A stretch of DNA of 64,000 nt from Candidatus Sulfomarinibacteraceae bacterium. Lineage in GTDB: Bacteria > Acidobacteriota > Thermoanaerobaculia > Thermoanaerobaculales > Sulfomarinibacteraceae. The stretch spans positions 800,001-864,000 of the forward strand of contig CAWCLO010000004.1 of NCBI GenBank assembly GCA_963796455.1. The letters are read 5' to 3'. How positions within the stretch are numbered: the first letter of the stretch is position 1; each line of letters starts with the position of its first letter. Made by a program: the position numbers and the translations under genes. A model generated the notes under the pieces. The model ran no database searches and was not told where the DNA came from. It saw nothing but the letters and a program-made list of their open reading frames with translations. Of the stretch, positions 43,158-52,340 are shown one piece after another.

Positions 43158-43589
43158 TCAGGCCGTTTGAGATCGAATCCTCCCGGCAAGGGCGGCCCCG
43201 AGGATGCTCATCGGGATATAAGCCAAAAGGAGATCGGCCACGTTGAACCACATCGGGCCTCCGAGCATGTTGACCGCAGCAATCCCCCCCAACAAGAAAA
43301 ACAGACCGATACACAGTGCGAACTTCAGGTGGTGGCTTGCCGTGAACCTGGCGGCGATGAAGGCTCCGACGAGGGTTCCGAGTGCGTGGGCCAAAAAGGG
43401 AAAAATGAAATTCACCGGGGTGAACAACTTCATGCTATCGCGCAGGTTTTCCATCGTGGAAACATCCGCGCCCTCGGGAAGAGGAACAATTGACGGGCCG
43501 ATATTCACGAGCAGGATATTGACGAGACTGCCTCCGACAACTCCGGCAATCACTGCCAGGATGTTCTTTCCAACGGATTTCATGGCCAT
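43158..43589 (-). CDS. Membrane protein
   Basis: 4 TM; FPFLAHALGTLVGA, ADLLLAYIPM. Confidence 0.7.
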   Translation of the reverse strand: MAMKSVGKNILAVIAGVVGGSLVNILLVNIGPSIVPLPEGADVSTMENLRDSMKLFTPVNFIFPFLAHALGTLVGAFIAARFTASHHLKFALCIGLFFLLGGIAAVNMLGGPMWFNVADLLLAYIPMSILGAALAGRIRSQTA

Positions 43590-43659
43590 GGTGTTGATCC
43601 TTCAGAAATAGACAGCAATTATTGCACCCCGGAGATTCCTTCCTCGTCGTGCAAGAAGA

Positions 43660-43962
43660 TCAAGGGAACAAGCCTGCCGTCACCGGCAAGGCGACGAGGA
43701 TCGCAATCGCGATGACCCAGAAAAGCAGCCCCACGTAGCCACTGAAAAGCAGATTGCCGCCAAAGCCCAACAGATAAATCGCCTGTGCGAGCAGCAACGC
43801 CGCGTCCCGCATCGAGCGGATTTCCAGATGGGGCACAGATCCGAAAAGCCAGAGGGCGAACTGCGTCAGCATCCAGAAGCCGGTGGCCAGGCACAGCAGC
43901 CCGGCAACGATCTCGAACCGGCGGAAGGTTTTCTGCATGGGCTGGGGAACGACCGTCATCAA
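43660..43962 (-). CDS. Small membrane protein
   Basis: Hydrophobic 100-aa ORF. Confidence 0.55.
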   Translation of the reverse strand: MMTVVPQPMQKTFRRFEIVAGLLCLATGFWMLTQFALWLFGSVPHLEIRSMRDAALLLAQAIYLLGFGGNLLFSGYVGLLFWVIAIAILVALPVTAGLFP

Positions 43963-44107
43963 CTGGCCGTCCTTGTGAACAATCTGCGTGCTCTACTCTG
44001 GTTGCTCGGTGAAGGCCATATCCTCCGCATGCCTCCGAGCGTCGAGCAAGCGTTTGGAGATAGATTCTGTTTGATCAATTCTATGTACACCTTTCAGGTC
44101 GGTTGAG

Positions 44108-44495
44108 CTATATTCGCGCTTCTTTCTGAATCCTGGAGAGCACCGCCCATTCGAACACAAATGCTCCCGCAACTCCTACTGCAAACATCAGATAGTCGAG
44201 CGGATCAAACGTCCTACCGAAGATTGGTATGCAGAAATACTGAAGCGACTCCGTAACGGCTCCGACGCCGAATACCAGAACGAATCTCACGGTCTTTCCC
44301 CGGAGCACCGGAATCCGTTGAACCCCGAGGAGCAGGCACATTGCGAAGGGAAGTAATATGTCGATCAAATACCCGTTCACGAACGCCGGGAACGGGCCTT
44401 TTTTAGCCGGGACCGGTAACGACGTGGAGCCCGCCCACTATGACGCAAATCAAGACGGCGATCATTTTCTGGAGAGATTGAATTCTGTAACTCAC
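44108..44495 (-). pseudogene. Membrane protein split by frameshift/stop in an A6 run near 44400
   Basis: ...GGLHVVTGPG* and KGPFPAFVNGYLIDILLPF... are in different frames. Confidence 0.55.
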
Positions 44496-44557
44496 AATCT
44501 GATTGCGTCCTGTCGGTCCGCTGCATTGATCGCGTGAGGCGAGTTTTTGACCCTGCC

Positions 44558-44905
44558 TCAGCCTTTCCGGCCCAGACCCAGCATTGGTGCGCTGATTACC
44601 ATTGTTGCTCCGGCTCCTGCCACGAGGAATTGCGGAAGCGCGGGAGTGGCGGAGACGCCGGCGACAAGCCAGAAAAAGAAGAGGAGATTGGCGCCGGCGG
44701 CCAACCGTTTTGAAAGGGGCGTGGCATCTTTGGGCCACAAACCTGTGTTGAGCAGCGCGACAAAAACGGCACAGAGCCCCGCTCCTGCAAACCAGATTGC
44801 TGGTTCATCCAGGTTTTTGTAGAAAACGAACGTGGCTGCGGTGTGGATCAGACCGATCGCGAGAACCAGGACGGTAGAAATCTTGTGAATCCAACTGATC
44901 ATCAT
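44558..44905 (-). CDS. Four-TM membrane protein
   Basis: Hydrophobic ORF. Confidence 0.65.
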   Translation of the reverse strand: MMISWIHKISTVLVLAIGLIHTAATFVFYKNLDEPAIWFAGAGLCAVFVALLNTGLWPKDATPLSKRLAAGANLLFFFWLVAGVSATPALPQFLVAGAGATMVISAPMLGLGRKG

Positions 44906-44925
44906 TCAGCCTTTCCCTGCAGTCC

Positions 44926-44993
44926 ACCCAACGGTCCGATTGGCCCGGCCCGAGACCGCAGTGGGTGGGGCCCGTTGGAACGTCGTGTCATAC
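44926..44993 (-). repeat. Degenerate attC site of the host family
   Basis: acccaacggtccga...gggtggggcccgttggaacgtcgtgtcatac aligns with the 69-bp consensus. Confidence 0.65.
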
Positions 44994-45012
44994 CCATGTT
45001 CAACAATAATAC

Positions 45013-45540
45013 CTAGCGCGAGTCGGTCCCTCGGAGATCGATGGCCAGATATCGGGAGGGTCCGTATTCCGGGTCCTCGAAGTCACGCAAAAATCGAAAT
45101 CCGGCTTTCTCGAACGCCGCAAGCGCTGCATGATTCAAACGCGACGTCCCGACGCCCGCCCAGCGCACCTCAGAGTTTTGGCGGAGGCGGTCGATGAGCA
45201 GGCAGAGTGCCCGTGGCCCTATTCCGCAGCCGACGAACCGCAGTTCACCGATGAGAATATCGATGTCGAGAAGGGCATCGGGGAGGTCAGTCAAGCCGGC
45301 GGCCATGAGCTCTTCGACTTCAGGTGGTCCCCAGCAGAGGTATCCAACGGGAATGGTATCCACGACGATCACTGCGTGAGTGCTCGGGCGTCGGCCCAGC
45401 AGAAGGGGAAGAGCTTGGATCTGATCGCCCCACCAGCGAATGACATGTGGGCGTTGGAGCCAGGCATCGAGCAGTTCCCGGTGTTTTTGCGGATTGACCG
45501 GTTGGAGTTCTACGTGATTCTCAAAGCTTTTTGGATCCAT
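45013..45540 (-). CDS. GNAT acetyltransferase (AAC(6')-Ib-like fold)
   Basis: WLQRPHVIRWWG, IDILIGE...GCGIG, NHAALAAFEKAGF. Confidence 0.8.
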   Translation of the reverse strand: MDPKSFENHVELQPVNPQKHRELLDAWLQRPHVIRWWGDQIQALPLLLGRRPSTHAVIVVDTIPVGYLCWGPPEVEELMAAGLTDLPDALLDIDILIGELRFVGCGIGPRALCLLIDRLRQNSEVRWAGVGTSRLNHAALAAFEKAGFRFLRDFEDPEYGPSRYLAIDLRGTDSR

Positions 45541-45584
45541 AGCGTCGTTTTGTGCCTTATAGGTTTTAGGGGTTTCTGCTGGGC

Positions 45585-45612
45585 ATCATAAAAGGAACAG
45601 TTGTGGTTGCAA
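45585..45612 (-). promoter_or_regulatory. Sigma70-like promoter TTGCAA-16-TATGAT
   Basis: Minus-strand hexamers at 45607-45612 and 45585-45590, upstream of the GNAT gene. Confidence 0.4.
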
Positions 45613-45762
45613 GGATTGCCCATTTGGGGTCGTCGAAGGAATTGTTGAGATTCAGGCGCGAATCGAGTACCCATGTTCCCTGGACCGGTTTGCTACCTCT
45701 TCCCTGGCGGATTCAGACGGTTCGTTGACGTTGCACGACTCAGCTGAACCGAGTGCGGGTGT

Positions 45763-46110
45763 CTATTTCATGGGAGTGCCGAGTGTGACTTCATAGGACT
45801 CGATGAGCCACTTTTCCCAGACTTTATTGGGTATCGGCTGCTCCGCTGTGAATCGGGCGGTCACCCAACCCGTCGATCCCACTTCATACCGCTTCGGATC
45901 CTCCTCGGCGAACTTGAGCGCCTCCGGTATCGAGGCCTTCAGCTTGAACATCGCTTTGAATCCTTGTCCCTTCGGGCCAGGGCCGATAAACAAAAAAGTG
46001 CCCTTCCCGACTTTGAAAGTGCTTTGGGAGCACGACTTTCCTGTTAGCACGCCCGGAAGGGCCAGAGCTTGCCGCAGAATTGCGTCTGTGGGGTCTTGGA
46101 TACCGCTCAT
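45763..46110 (-). CDS. MmcQ/YjbR-like protein
   Basis: TFKVGKGTFLF, GSTGWVTARF, WLIESY; SD ggagg. Confidence 0.65.
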   Translation of the reverse strand: MSGIQDPTDAILRQALALPGVLTGKSCSQSTFKVGKGTFLFIGPGPKGQGFKAMFKLKASIPEALKFAEEDPKRYEVGSTGWVTARFTAEQPIPNKVWEKWLIESYEVTLGTPMK

Positions 46111-46179
46111 TTTGAACCTCCTGTCGAGAGCCCGCCGTGCAGCACTGGTCTGCTGCAACGATCTGTAAGGTGGCCCGCA

Positions 46180-46362
46180 CTAATGCAGTTCCTGTGAGTC
46201 ACCTGGCTGCAGAAGATCCCATAGGTTGCCGTAGAGGTCTTGAAACACGGCCACTGTACCGTAATCGAATTCCTTTGGTTCGCGCACGAAAACGACGCCT
46301 TTTGACCTCAAGAGGTCGTAATCGCGAACCACGAGGGAGACAATTGCAAGTTTGCGCTTCAT
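46180..46362 (-). pseudogene. VOC family gene with internal deletion
   Basis: N-terminal SLVVRDYD joined directly to C-terminal GVVFVREP...YGTVAVFQDLYGNLWDLLQ. Confidence 0.65.
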
Positions 46363-46395
46363 CTGTTCAGACCTTCCTGTGCCTCGGCGAGGGTT

Positions 46396-46464
46396 GCCTG
46401 AGGTTTCGAATCCAGCCGACCGAGGCCGCTACGGTTGGGAGTCCGCTGGAATGAAGCGTTAGGC
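46396..46464 (-). repeat. attC (degenerate R' arm)
   Basis: gcctgagg...gtccgctggaatgaagcgttaggc. Confidence 0.75.
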
Positions 46465-46473
46465 CTCCAGCTG

Positions 46474-46800
46474 TTAGCCGTGCTTCGCTCCGGTGCCATC
46501 GGGTTGCACGCCAATCCAATCTTCAGCAGAGGGAGACGGTCGGCGCTCGGGGAACCCTTGCTGACCAAAACTGTATTGATTTCCGAAATCGTCTTCTGCA
46601 ACGAAAGGAGATTCAGATGGCAATAGCTCAAGTCTTGAGGTGAGTTTGGCGAATGACTCCTCAGAAAAGACAATCGTCCTCAGGGTATTCTCCGCAGTGG
46701 CATAGAGCAGGACTCGAGTCGGCCATTTACCGTGCGAAAGATAGAAGCCATCGACGGCCGCGCAAAGCCTGATCCAGCTCTGATCAAAACCATTTGGCAT
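46474..46800 (-). CDS. Cassette hypothetical protein
   Basis: Fills cassette; SD ggag. Confidence 0.7.
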   Translation of the reverse strand: MPNGFDQSWIRLCAAVDGFYLSHGKWPTRVLLYATAENTLRTIVFSEESFAKLTSRLELLPSESPFVAEDDFGNQYSFGQQGFPERRPSPSAEDWIGVQPDGTGAKHG

Positions 46801-46813
46801 AATGCATCTCCCT

Positions 46814-46874
46814 GTCTGACGGTCCGCTGCATCCGTGGGTCAGGTGTCGTGGCCCGTGCGGCTACATGTTATTC
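46814..46874 (-). repeat. attC (degenerate, divergent family)
   Basis: gtctgacggtccgctgca...tgcggctacatgttattc; DUF1428 stop lies in R''. Confidence 0.55.
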
Positions 46875-47249
46875 GGCGTTTGGTTGAGACGATCGAACGA
46901 ACGACTGGAACCCACCGTACGCCATCCGTTGAGCATCAAATCCTGAATTCGATGAAGCAATCAAATCCGCCATCCTTGGGTCCGCCGCGACCTTCTTGTT
47001 TACCAGATCACGTGCCTCACGAGAATCAAATACCACCCATCCAAATACGATGACTTCATCCTCCGTTGCAGCTATGAGATCAGTGAAGGAGCGAGTTCCC
47101 TCCAGTCTCAAATCGTCACCGACGAATTCCCGGTAGTCGAGCGCGCCATGTTCCTTCCAGATCTCCGCAACCGCTTCAGCGAGACGCTTGTACTCATTCA
47201 GGCGATCGCGCGGAACGGGAAGAACGAATCCATCAACATAGTCAGCCAT
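46869..47249 (-). CDS. DUF1428 (YbaA-like) protein
   Basis: YVDGFVLPVP, WKEHGAL, FDAQRMAYGGF. Confidence 0.88.
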   Translation of the reverse strand: MADYVDGFVLPVPRDRLNEYKRLAEAVAEIWKEHGALDYREFVGDDLRLEGTRSFTDLIAATEDEVIVFGWVVFDSREARDLVNKKVAADPRMADLIASSNSGFDAQRMAYGGFQSFVRSSQPNAE

Positions 47250-47290
47250 AACTGCTCCGATAGTGGTAAGTGAATCTTGTGTTTTCAGCC

Positions 47291-47381
47291 GCCGAACGGC
47301 TGCGAGCTGAGCGGCGCCGCCAATCCCACTCCAATCTTCAACTCCACCCCGGGCGGCGTCCGCTCCAGCGAGTTGTTAGGG
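47291..47381 (-). repeat. attC (foreign family, 91 bp)
   Basis: gccgaacggctgcgagctgagcggcgccgcc...ggcggcgtccgctccagcgagttgttaggg. Confidence 0.8.
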
Positions 47382-47410
47382 GCCCAATCAAGCTGGTGCA
47401 CGGCAGAGAA

Positions 47411-47800
47411 TCAGTCGCGATGGTATGTTGCAACGTACCAGTTGTTTCCTGCTGGATCCTTGACAGCTGAGGCGCGCTCTCCATAGTCCATTTCCATGGG
47501 CTCGTGTAGAACCTCGGCTCCATTTTGCACGGCGCGTTGGTGGCATTCGTCTACATCCGGTACATAGATGTGAATCGCACCTGGCATCGGTCCGTACGCG
47601 TCGGTAGCGTCGGCCAGTTCAATGGTGGCGTCCCCGAGCCGCACCGATGCATGTCTGAGCCGCCCATCCTCCGTCTCGACCCTGTCAGTGACCTCCACAT
47701 CGAATACCGCTACTAGAAAGTCCAGCAGCTTCTGCGCACCGTCGACAGTGAGGTAGGGGGTCACGCGGGTGAAACCGTCTGGCACATAGGACTCGCTCAT
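47411..47800 (-). CDS. VOC/PhnB-like protein
   Basis: VTPYLTV, HIYVPDVD, YGERASAVKDPAGNNW. Confidence 0.88.
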   Translation of the reverse strand: MSESYVPDGFTRVTPYLTVDGAQKLLDFLVAVFDVEVTDRVETEDGRLRHASVRLGDATIELADATDAYGPMPGAIHIYVPDVDECHQRAVQNGAEVLHEPMEMDYGERASAVKDPAGNNWYVATYHRD

Positions 47801-47870
47801 GATGCTCCTCCTCGAAAAACTTGGTCGGACACGTTGGCATCGCAACCGAAAACAACACGGTCAGACGGGC

Positions 47871-47939
47871 GCCTAGCGGTCCGAGTTCAGCGGATCGAGG
47901 CCGCCGCGGGTGGGGGTCAGCTGGAACGAGGTGTTAGGT
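47871..47939 (-). repeat. attC (R' box AAC changed to AGC)
   Basis: 69-bp family member. Confidence 0.85.
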
Positions 47940-48413
47940 TTCATGAGAGTTCGACTCTTCTGGCCAGAGGTCCCAAAACTGATACATGAAAATTTCGAAG
48001 AAATCCCCCATCATGAGCGCCCACAACAATGCATCCAATAGTGATGGCTCCTTGACCGTCTGTTTGGGATCCCAGTCGCGAGGATTTTGAGTGTCCAATA
48101 TTTGCTGAATCGAGGATTCTCGGAAGAAGAGGCCGGAGCAAATACGACAGGCTCCGAATGGGACGGCTCGAAACACACCAAATCTGAAGTTCGCCCCCCC
48201 GCACTTCGGACAAGGAGAAGCTTCACCGACATTGGCAATTCGAAATTTTTGGTCCGAAGGAACCGGTCGCTCTGGAGTGGAGCGGATACGGCGAAGGTAT
48301 GGCGCGAGTTCGTTCCGTTCGAACCAGACAGCTCGGCAGGACCCACATTCGTCTACGGTCACGCCCATCACGGTTCGATCCGCCATCTGATGATTGCAGT
48401 CAGGACATTTCAT
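47934..48413 (-). CDS. Double zf-TFIIB zinc ribbon protein
   Basis: CPDC..CGSCRAVWF..EL; CPKC..CRICSGLFF; stop TAA in attC. Confidence 0.75.
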   Translation of the reverse strand: MKCPDCNHQMADRTVMGVTVDECGSCRAVWFERNELAPYLRRIRSTPERPVPSDQKFRIANVGEASPCPKCGGANFRFGVFRAVPFGACRICSGLFFRESSIQQILDTQNPRDWDPKQTVKEPSLLDALLWALMMGDFFEIFMYQFWDLWPEESNSHET

Positions 48414-48426
48414 GTTTTCGCTCTGG

Positions 48427-48500
48427 ACCTAACGGTCCGAGGTCAGCGGCCCGAGGCCGCGCAAGGCGCGAGAAGGGTCCGCTTGATTGCCGGGTTAGGC
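48427..48500 (-). repeat. attC (variant, 74 bp)
   Basis: acctaacggtccgaggtcagcgg...gggtccgcttgattgccgggttaggc. Confidence 0.8.
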
Positions 48501-48530
48501 TTCGTTTGAGTACCCTTCGCAAGTTCGACT

Positions 48531-49022
48531 CTATCTTGCGGGCTCATTCGCCGTCCAACTGATGGCTACCAGCCGCCAGTGTCCTTCAATCCTCTGCCAA
48601 ACCCCCAGATACTTACCCTCGCTCAGAACTTTTTCACCGGAAATCTCCAGCATCAAATGGCTCCTGCCGTCCAGGTAGGCGAGGTCGCCTGAAGCTGCAA
48701 CGATAATTGTGTCCGCTTGACCGGAAAACTCAACGTAGGGAAGCGTGAACCAGCGCTGCTCATAGAACCGTCTGATGGCTTCATTCCCCACAATAGCGGG
48801 AAGGCCCGGCGGATGAAAGACAGCATGTGGTGCGACCAAAGCCATTGCGCTTTCCAAGTCTCTTTGCTCCTCGGCCTGCAATAAGGCTTGGTCAGCTTGT
48901 CGAATCTGGTCCACTACTGCTTCAATATCCATTGAGGCACTACGGTTTCCGGCACAGCCGGCAGACAGGGCAGTGGCCACCGCCAAAAGAACATAGGCAA
49001 ATATGCGATTCACAACAGACAT
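48531..49022 (-). CDS. DUF4440/SnoaL-like lipoprotein
   Basis: LSAGC lipobox; ASGDLAY, GKYLGVWQR..G.W. Confidence 0.78.
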   Translation of the reverse strand: MSVVNRIFAYVLLAVATALSAGCAGNRSASMDIEAVVDQIRQADQALLQAEEQRDLESAMALVAPHAVFHPPGLPAIVGNEAIRRFYEQRWFTLPYVEFSGQADTIIVAASGDLAYLDGRSHLMLEISGEKVLSEGKYLGVWQRIEGHWRLVAISWTANEPAR

Positions 49023-49057
49023 CCTCCTTCAGCTTTTTCTGCCATCAGAGATCTGAG

Positions 49058-49126
49058 GCCTAACGATCCGAGTTCAGCGGACACCACCCGCCGCGGGTCG
49101 GGGTCCGCTGGAATGAGGTGTTAGGC
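49058..49126 (-). repeat. attC
   Basis: 69-bp family member. Confidence 0.9.
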
Positions 49127-49150
49127 GATTGTCGCATTTCAAACTTGAAC

Positions 49151-49525
49151 CTAGGCCTCGGGCTCATGGCATATCGCTTCGATGTTGTGCCCATCAGGGC
49201 CGATGACGAAAGCCGCGTAGTAGCTGGCGTGATAGTGCGGACGCAGACCAGGAGGACCATTGTCCTTGCCGCCCGCTTCCAGAGCCGCGCGATAGAAGGC
49301 CTGTACTTGCTGACGGCTCTCAGCCACGAATGCCAAGTGAAGATGCGCCGGCTTCTCCTTTGTTTCATACAAGCACAGTGAAACCGTGCCCTTCGGTTGG
49401 CTTAGCTCGACACCGTTCGGCGGCCACTCTCTCACATCAGTGACTCCGAGTGGCTCCAGGGCCCTGACGAAGAAGGACCTGCTCGCCGCATAGTCGCTGA
49501 CGCCGATTTTGACGTGGTCAAACAT
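49151..49525 (-). CDS. VOC family protein
   Basis: MFDHV, HLAF, GGKDNGPPGLRPHYH..YYAAFV.GPDGHNIEA. Confidence 0.9.
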   Translation of the reverse strand: MFDHVKIGVSDYAASRSFFVRALEPLGVTDVREWPPNGVELSQPKGTVSLCLYETKEKPAHLHLAFVAESRQQVQAFYRAALEAGGKDNGPPGLRPHYHASYYAAFVIGPDGHNIEAICHEPEA

Positions 49526-49627
49526 GGGTTCTCCTGAATCGCCCGGTCCTGTGCGGGTGGGGCCACAGTCGGTTCATGGCCTGGCTGTTGAGGGGTGCTA
49601 GGAGCTGCACGGTGCGCTTCTTCCGAG

Positions 49628-49762
49628 ACCTAACGCCCTCGAGCTAACCGGAGCCGCGAGCGGTGGCACCCGGAACCTCGGTTGCTTGAACAATTCACGT
49701 TGAGAGTCTACAACCTCTCCAGCAACGCGAAGGGCGGCGTCCGGTTCAGCGAGTTGTTAGGG
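49628..49762 (-). repeat. attC (foreign family, 135 bp)
   Basis: acctaacgccctcgagctaaccggagccgc...ggcggcgtccggttcagcgagttgttaggg. Confidence 0.8.
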
Positions 49763-50140
49763 GCGCCCACCATCCAACGGTTCAAAGGTGCCATTGCCCG
49801 TCAAGTGAACCGCCAGGCACGTAACTGCCACGAAGAGACCAAGGCCGGTCATGTAGAGCGCTTCGACAGGGGTATCCGCCTTCAGAAAGAAATGAAAGTA
49901 CGTCAACGCACTCAAAAAAACGGCTAGAAATCCACCCCACGCTACCGCGTTGAGGAGACGCCCAATCGGCCGCCTGATCAACACAACACTGATCAGCATA
50001 ATGAGACCAAGCACGAGGTCCGCAAACGTAAACTGGTTGATGAACCCGTTCTTCCGAACATAAAGCCACTGGAATAGCGGAGCTCCAACGCCGTAGAAGA
50101 CGCCCCAAGAAACGAGCCACGACTTTGCAAATCTTGACAT
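49757..50140 (-). CDS. Cassette membrane protein
   Basis: 4 TM; stop in attC. Confidence 0.7.
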   Translation of the reverse strand: MSRFAKSWLVSWGVFYGVGAPLFQWLYVRKNGFINQFTFADLVLGLIMLISVVLIRRPIGRLLNAVAWGGFLAVFLSALTYFHFFLKADTPVEALYMTGLGLFVAVTCLAVHLTGNGTFEPLDGGRP

Positions 50141-50169
50141 GAACGAGAGTATACCTCGGAGCCAGTCGC

Positions 50170-50238
50170 ACCGAACGGTCCGAGTTCAGCGGCCCACACC
50201 CGGCGCGGGTGGGGGTCCCCTGGAATGACGGGTTAGGA
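50170..50238 (-). repeat. attC
   Basis: 69-bp family member. Confidence 0.85.
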
Positions 50239-50727
50239 CTCGGGCACCTCTTGCGTTTGACGATTTTCATACGCTTTGGTGCCGATCCTCTCGTCGATTT
50301 GGTCCACGAACCAAATGAGTTCCTTTTCGGTTGTTGAGTAACCTGACCGCCTGATGTGGCTCATTGCTTCTCGCATCAACCGTACGTCCTTGTCCGTTTC
50401 GCCTTCGGCTCTTGCCAGCTTTGCCAATCTCGTTCGGTTGACTGCGATCTCGTGATGGAAAGAGCCACGCTCAAGTTCGTCTTCTGACTCTTCTGCGAGT
50501 CGTTAGAGCAGCTCGTTTTCCCGATCAAGGTATTCCTCGGCGACAGGGTAGGGCGCGTGCAGATAGATGGCGTAGGTGTAGCCAGAAACTTCGGCGGCTT
50601 CAGCGATTCGCCCCATGGGACGCCACATGGAATCGAGACGTTCCTGAGCCAAGACGACGAGCGCTGCACCCGCTATCAGTCCAAGTAGAAAGCCGATGAA
50701 GCCGCCTTTGATGAGAGGTCGTTTCAT
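50233..50727 (-). pseudogene. Cassette gene with in-frame premature TAA at 50503-50505
   Basis: ...RENELL*RLAEESEDELERGSF...RLAKLARAEG in one frame (495 nt); final stop in attC. Confidence 0.65.
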
Positions 50728-50748
50728 GACATGTACTCCTTGGGATGG

Positions 50749-50816
50749 GCCTAACGGTTCGAGCTCAGCGGCCCAAACAGCTGCGCTGTTTGGGCCGCTG
50801 GAATCAGGGGTTAGGC
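50749..50816 (-). repeat. attC (aaacagc..gctgttt loop subfamily)
   Basis: 68 bp. Confidence 0.88.
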
Positions 50817-51874
50817 ACCGATTGGTTTGTTTCGGAAACGAATTTTGCGGTGCTGAACCAGAACAAAAGGGAGGCTGGGATCAAAAAAAGAACCCACGAA
50901 AATCTACCGATCACGTTCATTGTCTGAATAACAACCTGATAGGCATAGGGAAAACTCATGTCCGATGCCTCGAGGTGCGAAGCAAGCACCGGCACGACTT
51001 TCCACAACCAGAAGTAGGCGGCCAAAAATGGGCCAATCAAAAGTGCAGGAATCAAAAGTAGCCACAACTGAAGCGCGAACCACGGTCCAAGTGTCTTCCA
51101 AGTGAAAATGGATCTCCAGTTAGTTTGCTCAGAAGAGGATGCTGCAAAAAGAATCTTGCCTTGTATCAAAGGAGCAATACTGGAGAACAAGAAATACGCT
51201 ACAAGCGCCAGTGCCTGCACCATGATCCAGCCGGACATAGCCTGGTATCGGAGAAAATCAGCGCCTTTCTCAAAGATCTCTATCGCGAGAAAAATCCCAA
51301 CAGCCGAAAGGCCCGGCCATCGGAGTCGCCACCAGCGGTTGGCGAACCTCCCAGCGACAACTGCCGGCTGGCACAAAGAAATCGGAATGGCCACAAACGC
51401 GATCACCAGAACGGTTGCCATCAAGAAGATGTCATCGTTTGAGATTGTGATGAAAAGGAGAGCAATTGAGGCAATCGAGAGCAGTGAAGCCGGCCAAAAA
51501 ACCATCGATCGGAGAGCCCATCTGAAACTGCGGAATCCGATTGATTCGGGGTCCAGAGATACCAACCGACTGACACTGGCGACCACTGAGCCTATCGCCG
51601 CAGCCACAAACGTGATCAAGAAAAGAAACGTCAGTGGGTGTGTCGGTAGGTCAAGGTGGAGATAAGCGCCTACAATGCTCAGTGCATCGTCTGAGTTCAT
51701 GCGAAGGAAATCTGAGTATTCGGGTCGAATGGCCACTCCAGGGTGAAGCATGCCCTTTTCCCACAGTACGAGAAAACCGGCAATCCAGAGACCTGTCCAA
51801 AGACCTATCAGACCTCCGCAGCCCCCGCCCACGAGAAGTATTGGTTTCCAGTTATCGTTATTCATCGATGTCAA
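50804..51874 (-). CDS. Polytopic membrane protein (cassette)
   Basis: 356 aa, many TM, fills cassette. Confidence 0.7.
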   Translation of the reverse strand: MTSMNNDNWKPILLVGGGCGGLIGLWTGLWIAGFLVLWEKGMLHPGVAIRPEYSDFLRMNSDDALSIVGAYLHLDLPTHPLTFLFLITFVAAAIGSVVASVSRLVSLDPESIGFRSFRWALRSMVFWPASLLSIASIALLFITISNDDIFLMATVLVIAFVAIPISLCQPAVVAGRFANRWWRLRWPGLSAVGIFLAIEIFEKGADFLRYQAMSGWIMVQALALVAYFLFSSIAPLIQGKILFAASSSEQTNWRSIFTWKTLGPWFALQLWLLLIPALLIGPFLAAYFWLWKVVPVLASHLEASDMSFPYAYQVVIQTMNVIGRFSWVLFLIPASLLFWFSTAKFVSETNQSVPNP

Positions 51875-51910
51875 TCTTACGTGCGAAGAAGGGGAGTATT
51901 CCCGTCATTC

Positions 51911-51979
51911 GCCTAACGTTCCGAGTTGAGCAGGCCGAGGCCGCCGGGGACTCGGGTCCGCTGGAAGGAGGTGTTAGAT
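51911..51979 (-). repeat. attC (diverged)
   Basis: gcctaacgttccgagttgagc...gtccgctggaaggaggtgttagat. Confidence 0.82.
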
Positions 51980-52216
51980 CGTATTGCCCGAGATACCATC
52001 TAGGATTCCCCGAATCCAATCGATCTTCCCTTTTCTTTCGGGGTTGTCGATAGCGTGCCTCACTTTGTCGAGTTGTGCCCTTTCGTAGCACTCCATCCCG
52101 TTGCGATTTTGCCGTTCGATTTTTCCAGCACGAACGAGTCTGTCAAACACACGCGCCTGCAAATGGATGTATGCGATCGCGTCCTTTCTCTTGAGGTATT
52201 TCGAGGATCGTCCCAT
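51974..52216 (-). CDS. Small basic protein, excisionase/MerR-type HTH-like
   Basis: YLKRKDAIAYI..ARVFDRLVRAGKI...YERAQLD; stop in attC. Confidence 0.55.
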   Translation of the reverse strand: MGRSSKYLKRKDAIAYIHLQARVFDRLVRAGKIERQNRNGMECYERAQLDKVRHAIDNPERKGKIDWIRGILDGISGNTI

Positions 52217-52232
52217 GAGAAGTCCCAGACTA

Positions 52233-52301
52233 ACCTAAGGGTCCGAGTTCAGCGGACGCCAACCGCCGCGGGTGAGGGTCCGCTGGAATGAGGTGTTAGG
52301 C
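52233..52301 (-). repeat. attC (R' box AAC changed to AAG)
   Basis: 69-bp family member. Confidence 0.87.
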
Positions 52302-52340
52302 CGACACATCACCTAACACTTGCGATCTCGGCACTCTGGA

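Noticed and set aside
45013..45540. Calling the GNAT an aminoglycoside resistance gene
   Set aside because: Only fold-level resemblance; substrate cannot be inferred
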